Source of the DNA: Deltaproteobacteria bacterium
GTDB lineage: Bacteria; Bdellovibrionota_C; UBA2361; SZUA-149; JAITKM01
Reading direction: 5' to 3'
Assembly (NCBI GenBank): GCA_031278395.1
Contig: JAITKM010000039.1
Location: forward strand, 3,372 to 67,371
Length of the DNA: 64,000 nucleotides
The notes below the pieces were generated by a model that saw nothing but the letters and a program-made list of their open reading frames with translations, was not told the origin of the DNA and searched no databases. Below are positions 55,461 to 63,564 of this stretch, one piece after another. Made by a program: the position numbers and the translations under genes. The stretch's first letter is position 1. The number at the start of each line of letters is the position of its first letter.

Positions 55461-56621
55461 ATGAAAAAAAATAAACTTTTACCACTTAGTTTGGCAGTTT
55501 TGGTCAGCGTGTCTGGGCTTAATCTTGCGCAAGCAGATGAAACAGCGGATCCGCAAAAAAGGATTTGGTATCAATACGGCGAAGGGTTACATGTTAAAAC
55601 TACTAACAATGAAATTGATGCTACTTTAAGGTTATACAATAAATTTAAGGTCAATGTTGTCGACCAAGAAATTGATTATTGGTCAACCGGAACAGGCACG
55701 CACTTTCAGCTTCCACAATCCAGAGCAGTATTAGCCAGCGATTTTCTAGATGGATTGTTTAGTTTTTATGGAGCGCTTGATTTAATTGGTGTTGCTGACA
55801 GAGATAGTTATGGGCACAAAGCTTTTGTGCCTGACGAAGTTTCGCTTAGCTTAAATATTAACCAGAATTTTTCAATTATCGCTGGGCAATGGTATATTCC
55901 ATTTGCCAAAGAGAGTTATAGTTATTCGGAATTTCTTTATAATATGGAATACGGTTCAATTGCTGGAAATTATTTTGGTTATCTGCCAGAAGTTGGTCTT
56001 GGAGTAGATGTCAATTTTGATAAAACTAATTTTGTAGCTGGAGTGTTCACTGGCAAAAACATTAGCGACCGTCAGACTGATTATAAAACAGATATTACTT
56101 TGGCCGCGTTAGTTTCAAACAGCCTTTTAGGTGAATATAATAGAGAAACCAGTAGCGACGTGACCTGGACTAAAAGCCCGGCTGTTGGCGTAGGGGTTTC
56201 TGGACTTTATAGCCGGCTCAAAGACAAACATGGTGCTGAGATGAAAATTGATGAATTGAAAGTCAGTGCGGACTTAGGTTATAAGTATTGCGGAACTTCT
56301 ACAGAGCTTGAACTATTCTATGACAATGTTTCTTTTAGAAAAATTTTTGACGATTTAGATTATTCAACTTTTGGTTTAACCACTAAAGCCGGATATTTCT
56401 TTATCCCTAAGCACCTAGAAGGTGTGATTAGATTTTCATGGTTAAACTTTGATAATAAGGATGAGAAAAACGCTCTAGAGCCAGCACTGGGAGTTAATTA
56501 TTATGTCTTCGGACAAAACCTTAGAGTTGGTTCAATGTTAAGTTATATCAATACTTCATATCACCAAGAAAAAAGAACTAAAGACTTACTCTGGCTAACT
56601 AGTGTAGTGGCATTGTTTTAA
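55461..56621 (+). CDS. Outer-membrane beta-barrel porin (OprO/P-like?)
   Basis: Signal peptide ...NLAQA; alternating amphipathic strands; C-terminal aromatic residue (..VVALF). Confidence 0.65.
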   Translation: MKKNKLLPLSLAVLVSVSGLNLAQADETADPQKRIWYQYGEGLHVKTTNNEIDATLRLYNKFKVNVVDQEIDYWSTGTGTHFQLPQSRAVLASDFLDGLFSFYGALDLIGVADRDSYGHKAFVPDEVSLSLNINQNFSIIAGQWYIPFAKESYSYSEFLYNMEYGSIAGNYFGYLPEVGLGVDVNFDKTNFVAGVFTGKNISDRQTDYKTDITLAALVSNSLLGEYNRETSSDVTWTKSPAVGVGVSGLYSRLKDKHGAEMKIDELKVSADLGYKYCGTSTELELFYDNVSFRKIFDDLDYSTFGLTTKAGYFFIPKHLEGVIRFSWLNFDNKDEKNALEPALGVNYYVFGQNLRVGSMLSYINTSYHQEKRTKDLLWLTSVVALF

Positions 56622-56635
56622 CTAAACATAATTTT

Positions 56636-56651
56636 TGGCTTGATCTTTGCT
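56636..56651 (+). promoter_or_regulatory. Sigma-54 promoter (TGGCTTG-ATCT-TTGCT) upstream of flgE
   Basis: Matches TGGCACG-N4-TTGCW at 10 of 12 specified positions (the two mismatches are the A and C after TGGC) with the canonical GG-N10-GC spacing, 137 nt upstream of the ATG. Confidence 0.65.
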
Positions 56652-56787
56652 TTATAATGTATTTGTGAAAATGCTGGTTGTTTGTTTTTGTTAGAAAGTA
56701 TAACGGTTTTAGATAGTTAATAGGTTTTAAGTAGGTTTTAGATGTTTTAGGTTTAGGTAATTTTTTCCTCATTATAAGGCAAATATT

Positions 56788-58026
56788 ATGACATTTATGG
56801 TTGGCTTTAATACTGGCAGAGATGCAATGATTAGTCATAGTCTCGCTCTGTCTTCGATATCGGATAATATTGCAAATACCAATACAGTTGGTTTTAAAAG
56901 CCAAAGAGCAGAGTTTGCCGACTTACTGGCTGAATCCGTGGGAGGCTTATATCATACTTCTGGGTTGACTCCCGGTAATGGCGCGCTTATTTCAAATATA
57001 GCTACCATCAACACACAGGGAACTATAGAAATGACAAATCGCGAATATGATTTTGCCATTAGCGGTAATGGTTACTTTGTGGTTCAAGCGGCTAACGGAG
57101 CGCAATACTATACTCGTGCAGGGAATTTTACTATCGATAATGAAGGCTATTTAGTAACTACGGATGGTTATCAAGTTTTAGGTTATGAGCCTGGCAGCAA
57201 TACACTTACTCCACTTTTAGTTAGCGGTATTAATATTGAGCCAACGCCGACTGATAAAGTAAGTATGCTTGGCACACTGGATTCTTCAATTGGATTGGTT
57301 ACGCCGCCAGTCGACCCTGCAACATATAGTGATTTGCAAGCTACAGCATCTTTTTATTCATATGCAAATATTGTTACTTCGCTGGGTGAGAAAAAAACAA
57401 TCAATTTATATTATTTCCAAACTAATAATATGCAATGGGAAGTTCAGGCATACGCAACTGACGTAGATTTAGGGGGGGTAACCCAAAAACCAGTTTTGTT
57501 GAACAGTATAACTTTAAATTTTCCACTGACTAATGATCAGGCTAATATCATGCAAGTCAATCCAATTTGGAATGGTGTAGCGTCGTCTTCTATTGAGATT
57601 GATTTTAATGGGTTTACTAGTTTTGCTAACACATCATATGTGAGCCAATTGACTGTTAATGGTTTTGCTGGCGGAACCTTAGATAATATTGGAGTTACTG
57701 ACCATGGCGAAATATACGGTTATCTGAACAATGGTGGTTCGGCTTTAATTGGAGAGTTTGCGTTAGCTACTTTTGTTAATCCAGGTAGTTTACAGCGCAT
57801 CGGAACTAATAACTACATAGTCAGCTACAATACTGCAGAAGTATCTATTGACAGAGCAACCGTAGATGGACGTGGCACAATTAGTGGTGGCGCATTGGAA
57901 GTTTCTAATGTTGATATGGCAGAGCAATTTGTAGATTTAATTCGCTATCAACGCGGCTATCAAGCTGGTTCACAAATTGTAAAAACTTTGAGCGATTTAG
58001 TGCATACAACACTAGAAATTTTGTAA
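56788..58026 (+). CDS. flgE: Flagellar hook protein FlgE
   Basis: SISDNIANTNTVGFKS N-terminal rod/hook motif; C-terminal LEVSNVDMAEQFVDLIRYQRGYQAGSQIV. Confidence 0.85.
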   Translation: MTFMVGFNTGRDAMISHSLALSSISDNIANTNTVGFKSQRAEFADLLAESVGGLYHTSGLTPGNGALISNIATINTQGTIEMTNREYDFAISGNGYFVVQAANGAQYYTRAGNFTIDNEGYLVTTDGYQVLGYEPGSNTLTPLLVSGINIEPTPTDKVSMLGTLDSSIGLVTPPVDPATYSDLQATASFYSYANIVTSLGEKKTINLYYFQTNNMQWEVQAYATDVDLGGVTQKPVLLNSITLNFPLTNDQANIMQVNPIWNGVASSSIEIDFNGFTSFANTSYVSQLTVNGFAGGTLDNIGVTDHGEIYGYLNNGGSALIGEFALATFVNPGSLQRIGTNNYIVSYNTAEVSIDRATVDGRGTISGGALEVSNVDMAEQFVDLIRYQRGYQAGSQIVKTLSDLVHTTLEIL

Positions 58027-58290
58027 CAATTTCTTAGGAGCAACCTTGTAAAAAGTTTTAGTAATTTTGGGAACAATTCTGGCAATTGCACTCCTTTTTA
58101 ATTTTCAAAACCAGAAAAAACACCGAATCTTTTCTCCGTAACCTGCATATTCTCTACACTAGTGTTCTTCTTGTTAAAAAAATACTCTGGTAAAAGACTT
58201 CTATATGTTGTAGTAACACGCGCAAAATATTGGCGTGTTAAAGGTTAATTAGAAGAGAGATAAATAGTAAAAATTTTTAGTTATTAAGCA

Positions 58291-58503
58291 ATGGGTATTT
58301 TAGAGAAATTGCATAAACTTGAGAAAAGTGAAAAGTTGTTGATTGCGATTGCTGTCTTGGCGGACGGAGAAAAGTCGGCACCGATTTTAGCTTTGGATAA
58401 AGAGAAAGGAGCTAAACATTCAGAATTAGTCAAGGAGCTTTTGGAAGTTCAGGAAGAGATTAGGTTGCCCTTGTTAGGAAGTATTGTTAGACAAAATATG
58501 TAA
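58291..58503 (+). CDS. Small hypothetical protein in the flagellar operon (FliG/MgtE-N-like helical flavour)
   Basis: 70 aa; LLIAIAVLADGEKSAPILALDKEKG; 3-nt gap to the next ORF. Confidence 0.45.
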   Translation: MGILEKLHKLEKSEKLLIAIAVLADGEKSAPILALDKEKGAKHSELVKELLEVQEEIRLPLLGSIVRQNM

Positions 58504-58506
58504 GTT

Positions 58507-58989
58507 ATGAAACTTAAAAAGCAGCTTGATCTTTTGGCGAAACAAAGCGAACAAAATGAAAAGGTAGCAATTTTAAACAAAAAACGAGTTGATGATATTA
58601 TAGAACAACGCTCGGCAGAGTTAGCTAACTTAATTCAGGCGAAAGATAATTTAATTCATGAACTTTCAGCGTTAGACCTTTGGTTAAAAAATAAAGCTGT
58701 TCAGGACAGAAACTTGTTACAATTTATTTCTTTTGTGCCAGTGAGGGTTAAGTTTTTAAAAGCTAAAATACTCAAAAAAGACCAAGAAATAAAGACCAAA
58801 CAGTCCGAACTGGAATCTGCTGTGCGACGAATCGAAATTTTTGAAAATGAATTATTAAAAGCTAGAACAGAGCGCAAAAAGTCAGAAATTGGATTACAGC
58901 GAATTGAAAGCCGAAGAATTTTAGAACAAGAGGTTAAGGAAATAAATTTAGCCGAAGAATTACAGAATATATGGAAAAAGAAGGAGTAA
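58507..58989 (+). CDS. Coiled-coil protein, FliJ/SctO-like by size, composition and position
   Basis: 160 aa, heptad-rich K/E/L/Q sequence immediately upstream of the SpoA-domain gene. Confidence 0.45.
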   Translation: MKLKKQLDLLAKQSEQNEKVAILNKKRVDDIIEQRSAELANLIQAKDNLIHELSALDLWLKNKAVQDRNLLQFISFVPVRVKFLKAKILKKDQEIKTKQSELESAVRRIEIFENELLKARTERKKSEIGLQRIESRRILEQEVKEINLAEELQNIWKKKE

Positions 58990-60041
58990 TTATTAATAGT
59001 CAGCCAAAAAAGTGGGAAGCTAATCAATACTTAGCCACTGTTAGTTACCAAACAGTGCGCTATAGCGCCGGCTTTTTAAAAGCTAACGTAGCTAATTACT
59101 TTAAAGATTTTTATGCTGATTGGACGGAGTTTTTTGAATATTTTGGTGTTCAGTGTAAGTTAGTGCGAGTTAGCCCCAGCTTAGGATTTCCGACCAAAGA
59201 AGTCTCATTTCTGCAGATTGAAATTAATAAAGAACCCTGTGTGTTAGTTATTGATAAAAAGATAAAAGAGATAGTTTTAGAAACTTTTTTTAAAAAAAAA
59301 TCTCTCCATAATCCAAACTTGACTATCCTGACAGAATATATTGAAAAAAAGTTTCTTTATAGTTTAAGTCAAAGTTTTAAAGGTAAATTTCCTTTGAAAT
59401 TTTCTTATCTTAAGTCGCTCCAGTCTGTTAGTAAAATTAAAAATAATAATCTAGGTGGGGTGATTTGTTTAACTTTTGAGATTAATGGCAAGACAGGTTA
59501 TGTTTGGTTTGGTTTGAGTAATAAAATAACGGATAAAATTGACAGCGATTATAAAAAAGAAAATGTGCTTGAGCCAGATTCTACTGCTGACCAATTACGA
59601 GTTGACTTAACAATTTTGTTAGCTGAAAACATTATCCCGACTTCTAAGGTAGTGGATTATACAAAAGTTGGGGCTTTAATTGAAATCGGTGAATTCAAAG
59701 AAATTGAAATTTTAGTTGAAAAATATAATCAGGTTATTGCTAAAGGCAGACTTTATAATTTTAATAATTTTTTTGCGATTAAAGTTTCTGAAATCATACA
59801 ACCTGTAACGCGAGTGGAAGATATATTTTCTGGTGTAACCACTATTAATGTCGAATTTGATTGTGTGGAAATGACGCAAAGAATGTTAAAAGAAAATCTA
59901 CAACTAGATGGATTTATTGTAACTGCTAAAAACTTAAATGATCTAGCGGTAGCTTTAAGTATTGGCGAAGAAGTAGTAGCGTTTGGCGAAATCTGTATAG
60001 TGGACGGAAAACTATCCGTTTTAGTAACGGAGAGAGTATAA
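58971..60041 (+). CDS. Flagellar switch / sorting-platform protein with two C-terminal SpoA (FliN-like) domains (FliM-FliN fusion or SctQ-like)
   Basis: VGALIEIGEFKEIEILVEKYNQVIAKGRLYNFNNFFAIKVSEI, then LQLDGFIVTAKNLNDLAVALSIGEEVVAFGEICIVDGKLSVLVTE. Confidence 0.7.
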   Translation: MEKEGVIINSQPKKWEANQYLATVSYQTVRYSAGFLKANVANYFKDFYADWTEFFEYFGVQCKLVRVSPSLGFPTKEVSFLQIEINKEPCVLVIDKKIKEIVLETFFKKKSLHNPNLTILTEYIEKKFLYSLSQSFKGKFPLKFSYLKSLQSVSKIKNNNLGGVICLTFEINGKTGYVWFGLSNKITDKIDSDYKKENVLEPDSTADQLRVDLTILLAENIIPTSKVVDYTKVGALIEIGEFKEIEILVEKYNQVIAKGRLYNFNNFFAIKVSEIIQPVTRVEDIFSGVTTINVEFDCVEMTQRMLKENLQLDGFIVTAKNLNDLAVALSIGEEVVAFGEICIVDGKLSVLVTERV

Positions 60042-60043
60042 TT

Positions 60044-60712
60044 ATGATTGATAACTATATCTTTACAACCTTTGACTTATCACTACTAAGCAGTATAGCT
60101 TTAATTTTATTGGCTCTACTTTTTAGCTCATATGTAAAAATAGCGGTAGTTTTGAATATTGTTCGCTTAGGTTTTGGCTTTACGAGTTTGCCTACTTTAT
60201 TTATTACGATTGGGTTAGCTTTGACTTGTTCATATTTTGTCATGTATCCAACACTAGTTGAAGTTTCTGATGTGCTAAAAGAAAATTCGTCAGCGCAAGT
60301 AAAACTTTCAGAACCAGAAAAAACAGTTGTGTTTGATAAAATTTCCCAGATTTGGAAAGAATTTGTTACTAAACACATAAAATATAATCAAATTGAAACT
60401 TTTTCTAAATTGGCAATTGCAGTTGATAAAATAGAAAAAATAGACGAGCCAGATAAGGAAAATTTAAATTCTAGTTGGCGAGTATTAGCGCCGGCTTTTT
60501 TAGTTTCAGAATTAAAAGAAGCTTTTCGGATGGGTTTTATGTTATTTTTGCCATTTTTAATTATTGATTTAGTTATCGGGACTGTTTTAGCGGCGATTAG
60601 TTTAGAAAATTTAAGTCCGTATTTAGTTGCTTTGCCCTTGAAGTTATTATTATTTATTGCGGTCGATGGTTGGAGCTTAATTTGTAAAGGCATTATTTCA
60701 TCTTATATGTAA
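60044..60712 (+). CDS. fliP: Export apparatus protein FliP (SctR family), short 222-aa form
   Basis: SYVKIAVVLNIVRLGFG, APAFLVSELKEAFRMGFMLFLPFLIIDLVIGTVL, LPLKLLLFIAVDGW. Confidence 0.9.
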   Translation: MIDNYIFTTFDLSLLSSIALILLALLFSSYVKIAVVLNIVRLGFGFTSLPTLFITIGLALTCSYFVMYPTLVEVSDVLKENSSAQVKLSEPEKTVVFDKISQIWKEFVTKHIKYNQIETFSKLAIAVDKIEKIDEPDKENLNSSWRVLAPAFLVSELKEAFRMGFMLFLPFLIIDLVIGTVLAAISLENLSPYLVALPLKLLLFIAVDGWSLICKGIISSYM

Positions 60713-60716
60713 AAGA

Positions 60717-60962
60717 ATGGAAACTTTAATCTATAATACGATATCCATTTTGTTTGAGGTTTTACTTCCGATTTTAGGGTTTATTGCGCTTTTTGCTTTT
60801 TTAGCTGGATTACTTTCAACCCTAATCAAAATAGAAGAGCGCTTGTTAAGTGTTGCTAGTAAAGTTTTGGCAGCGTTGCTTTTCTGTTATTTTTTCTCTT
60901 CTATAACTTGGCTAAGAATTACTGCCTACACTGAAGCACTCTGGAATTTCAGTGCAAATTAA
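60717..60962 (+). CDS. fliQ: Export apparatus protein FliQ (SctS family), divergent
   Basis: 81 aa, two-TM hairpin, position after fliP, LIKIEERLLSVASKVLAALLF in place of the usual TQIQEQTLsFvPKi motif. Confidence 0.7.
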   Translation: METLIYNTISILFEVLLPILGFIALFAFLAGLLSTLIKIEERLLSVASKVLAALLFCYFFSSITWLRITAYTEALWNFSAN

Positions 60963-60985
60963 TAAAATAATATAATTTATGTTGG

Positions 60986-61054
60986 GGCGAGCCAAAAATC
61001 ACCGCCTGTAAATAATGATTGATCATAATTTATCGACAGTGATTTTTGTCAGCC
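60986..61054. repeat. REP-like palindromic element, copy C (GGCGAGCCAAAAATCAC ... GTGATTTTTGTCAGCC)
   Basis: The right arm is the reverse complement of copy A's left arm (GGCTGACAAAAATC). Confidence 0.65.
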
Positions 61055-61082
61055 TTGTGCGATGTATTAATTAGGACAAAAA

Positions 61083-61111
61083 GCTTGTAATATAACAAGC
61101 AACTTATTTTT
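61083..61111 (+). terminator. Stem-loop GCTTGTaatataACAAGC followed by a T-rich run
   Basis: 6-bp perfect stem, 6-nt loop, then aacttattttt. Confidence 0.45.
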
Positions 61112-61408
61112 GTGCAATATCCACCTTTTATAACCTGCTGCTAAGTTAAAATATTTGTAATAAAAATTAGCCTTTAAATAAATTTTGTAAAAAATAAAAT
61201 TTAGAATCTATTACCAATTTTACTTATTAGTTGCTCCTTGATGGGTTATCTAAATTTTGATAGTTTTCTAGCTTGGTTTTTAGATTAAAGCATATTGATT
61301 TAATTATAAAATCCAAAAAATAATAAAAAGTTTATTTTTTTTATATATGTTATCGGAAATTATTTTTTTAACTTCTGAATATAACTTAGTAAAAATGGAA
61401 AGGTCTAC

Positions 61409-62173
61409 ATGTTAAACATAGTATTACCTATGGCAGGTCGAGGAAGTAGATTTACTAATGCTGGTTGGTCAATACCTAAGCCGCTGATTCCGATTCATAA
61501 CATTCCAATGATAAAAGTCGTGGTAGATAATCTTACTCCAAGTTGTGAACACCGCTTTATATTTATCTGCCAACAAACACACCTAGTCGAATATGACCTA
61601 ATTTCTAAATTAAAATCTTACGCCAAAAATGTTGAAGTACTAGGGGTCAACGGTATTACAGAAGGTCAAGTCTGCACCGTTTTGCTAGCTAAAAAATTTT
61701 TTAATAACGACGAGCCTCTTATGACTGCCAATACTGACCAGTATATTGATTTTGATATCAATGAGTACTTAGAGGCTATTAATTCACGCCAATTAGACGG
61801 CATGATTATGACTATGAAGTCGCAAGACCCTAAATGGTCATATGCCAAACTAAATGCACAGGGGGTGGTGGTTGAAACTGCTGAGAAGAAAGTTATTTCT
61901 CAAGACGCAACAGTAGGAATTTTTAATTTTACTCGTGGACGCGATTTAGTACGTTCTGCTGAGCAAATGATCCAAGACAACCTTCGCGTTAATAATGAGT
62001 TTTATACTTGTCCTTGTTATAATTATCTTATTCGCGAAGGTAAAAAGATCGGAACATATTCTATTGGAGAAGAATATAATGGCATGTATGGCTTGGGGAT
62101 TCCAAGTGATTTAGATTTTTTTATTAAGCATCCAATTTCCGAAAGAATCAAACAAGGAGAAAGTCAATGTTGA
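61409..62173 (+). CDS. GT-A fold sugar-phosphate nucleotidyltransferase-like protein (BcbE-like capsule family flavour)
   Basis: IVLPMAGRGSRF...KPLIPI N-terminal NTP-transferase motif; TEGQVCTVLLA. Confidence 0.7.
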   Translation: MLNIVLPMAGRGSRFTNAGWSIPKPLIPIHNIPMIKVVVDNLTPSCEHRFIFICQQTHLVEYDLISKLKSYAKNVEVLGVNGITEGQVCTVLLAKKFFNNDEPLMTANTDQYIDFDINEYLEAINSRQLDGMIMTMKSQDPKWSYAKLNAQGVVVETAEKKVISQDATVGIFNFTRGRDLVRSAEQMIQDNLRVNNEFYTCPCYNYLIREGKKIGTYSIGEEYNGMYGLGIPSDLDFFIKHPISERIKQGESQC

Positions 62174-62796
62174 TACTTGCGCATCGTGGATATTGGAAAG
62201 AAGTTCTTGAAAAAAATCAGAGATCGGCTTTTGAACGGGCTTTTAAAGGTGGATTTGGCAGCGAAACAGATTTGCGGGATAACGCAGGAAAAATCGTGAT
62301 TGCCCACGATATGCCAAAAGGTAACGAGCTTAGTTTTGAAGAAGTTTTGCAGATAATGGACGGACGCAATTTACCGTTAGCTCTCAATATAAAAGCTGAC
62401 GGACAGGGCGAGGCTATTCAAGAGTTATTGGAGAAATATCAGCACACCAACTATTTTACCTTTGATATGTCGATTGCAGATTTAGTGTGTCAGATTCAGC
62501 GTGGTTTGCAAGTTTTTACTGGACTTTCGGATATTCTGCCTAAGCCAGTTATGCTGGAGAGCTGCGCCGGGGTCTGGTTAGATAGCTTTTATACGGATTG
62601 GTTTGATGCAGACACAATAGATAATTTACTCGCCTGTGGTAAAAAAATTTGTATTGTCTCTGCTGAATTGCACCAACGAGCCAGAACAAAACAATGGGAG
62701 ATAATCAACAAATGCCAAAAGCTTGCCAGTCAAAATTTAATGCTTTGCACAGATGTCCCAGAAGAAGCCATGAGGTATTTCAGTGACAAAAATTAA
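62167..62796 (+). CDS. Glycerophosphodiester phosphodiesterase (GDPD)-like protein
   Basis: ILAHRGYW..EKNQRSAFERAFKGGFGSETDLRD..GKIVIAHD follows the GDPD HRG/E-D/HD pattern. Confidence 0.6.
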   Translation: MLILAHRGYWKEVLEKNQRSAFERAFKGGFGSETDLRDNAGKIVIAHDMPKGNELSFEEVLQIMDGRNLPLALNIKADGQGEAIQELLEKYQHTNYFTFDMSIADLVCQIQRGLQVFTGLSDILPKPVMLESCAGVWLDSFYTDWFDADTIDNLLACGKKICIVSAELHQRARTKQWEIINKCQKLASQNLMLCTDVPEEAMRYFSDKN

Positions 62797-63451
62797 AGCC
62801 ATTTTGTTTGATATGGATGGAGTTTTGATTGATGCCAAAGATTGGCACTATAAAGCTTTAAATAAGGCATTGGTGCTTTTTGGATACGAGATTAATCGCT
62901 ATGAACATTTGACCTGTTATGATGGTTTGCCAACCAAAAATAAGCTTAAAAGGTTGAGTTTAGAAAAAGGGCTACCTGAGCAATTACATTCGTTTATCAA
63001 TGAAATGAAACAACAATATACTGTGTCAATGATTCAGAATTATTGTCGCCCGTATTTCAAGCATGAATATGCTCTTTCGAGACTTAAAGCTGAAGGTTAT
63101 CGCTTGGCAGTTGGTTCGAACTCAATTCAGATGACAGTTAAAATGATGATGGACTATGCCAAACTAACTTCATATTTTGACTTTATGCTTTCCAATCAAG
63201 ATGTTGCTAAAGCTAAACCAGATCCAGAAATATATTTAAAAGCTATGGCAAAACTGAGATTAGAAGCAGAGGAATGTTTAATAGTGGAAGATAATGAAAA
63301 TGGAATTCAAGCCGCACTCGCGGCTGGCGGACATTTGTTGACAGTCAAGGATGTGGATGAAGTGAATTATGATAATATTAAAAGGCGTATTCTAGAGATA
63401 GAAAACAGTAGCGCAGCCAATCCCGGCAGCGTAAAAAAGCAGTATAGATGA
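62783..63451 (+). CDS. HAD-superfamily phosphatase (beta-phosphoglucomutase-like subfamily IA); GTG start
   Basis: AILFDMDGVLIDA motif I; GSNS motif II; K...EDNENG motifs III/IV. Confidence 0.85.
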   Translation: MTKIKAILFDMDGVLIDAKDWHYKALNKALVLFGYEINRYEHLTCYDGLPTKNKLKRLSLEKGLPEQLHSFINEMKQQYTVSMIQNYCRPYFKHEYALSRLKAEGYRLAVGSNSIQMTVKMMMDYAKLTSYFDFMLSNQDVAKAKPDPEIYLKAMAKLRLEAEECLIVEDNENGIQAALAAGGHLLTVKDVDEVNYDNIKRRILEIENSSAANPGSVKKQYR

Positions 63452-63457
63452 GCCTAG

Positions 63458-63525
63458 GGATGTGCCAAAATTCGCTGCGGTTAATTCGTATTGTTACCAA
63501 ATGTCGTGTAAATTTTGTCCGCCCT
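63458..63525. repeat. REP-like palindromic element, copy B
   Basis: GTGCCAAAATTCGC ... GTTAC ... AAATTTTGTCCGCCC aligns with copy A. Confidence 0.6.
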
Positions 63526-63564
63526 ACACGGTTTATCGATATGTTGTGTTAAAGGAAAAATAAA

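Noticed and set aside
58069-58084. Sigma-54-like site (GGGAAC-AATTC-TGGCA) upstream of the 58291 operon
   Set aside because: The spacing is correct, but both core elements carry mismatches (GGAAC, TGGCA). The site also overlaps a terminator-like stem after flgE. The evidence is too weak to call.
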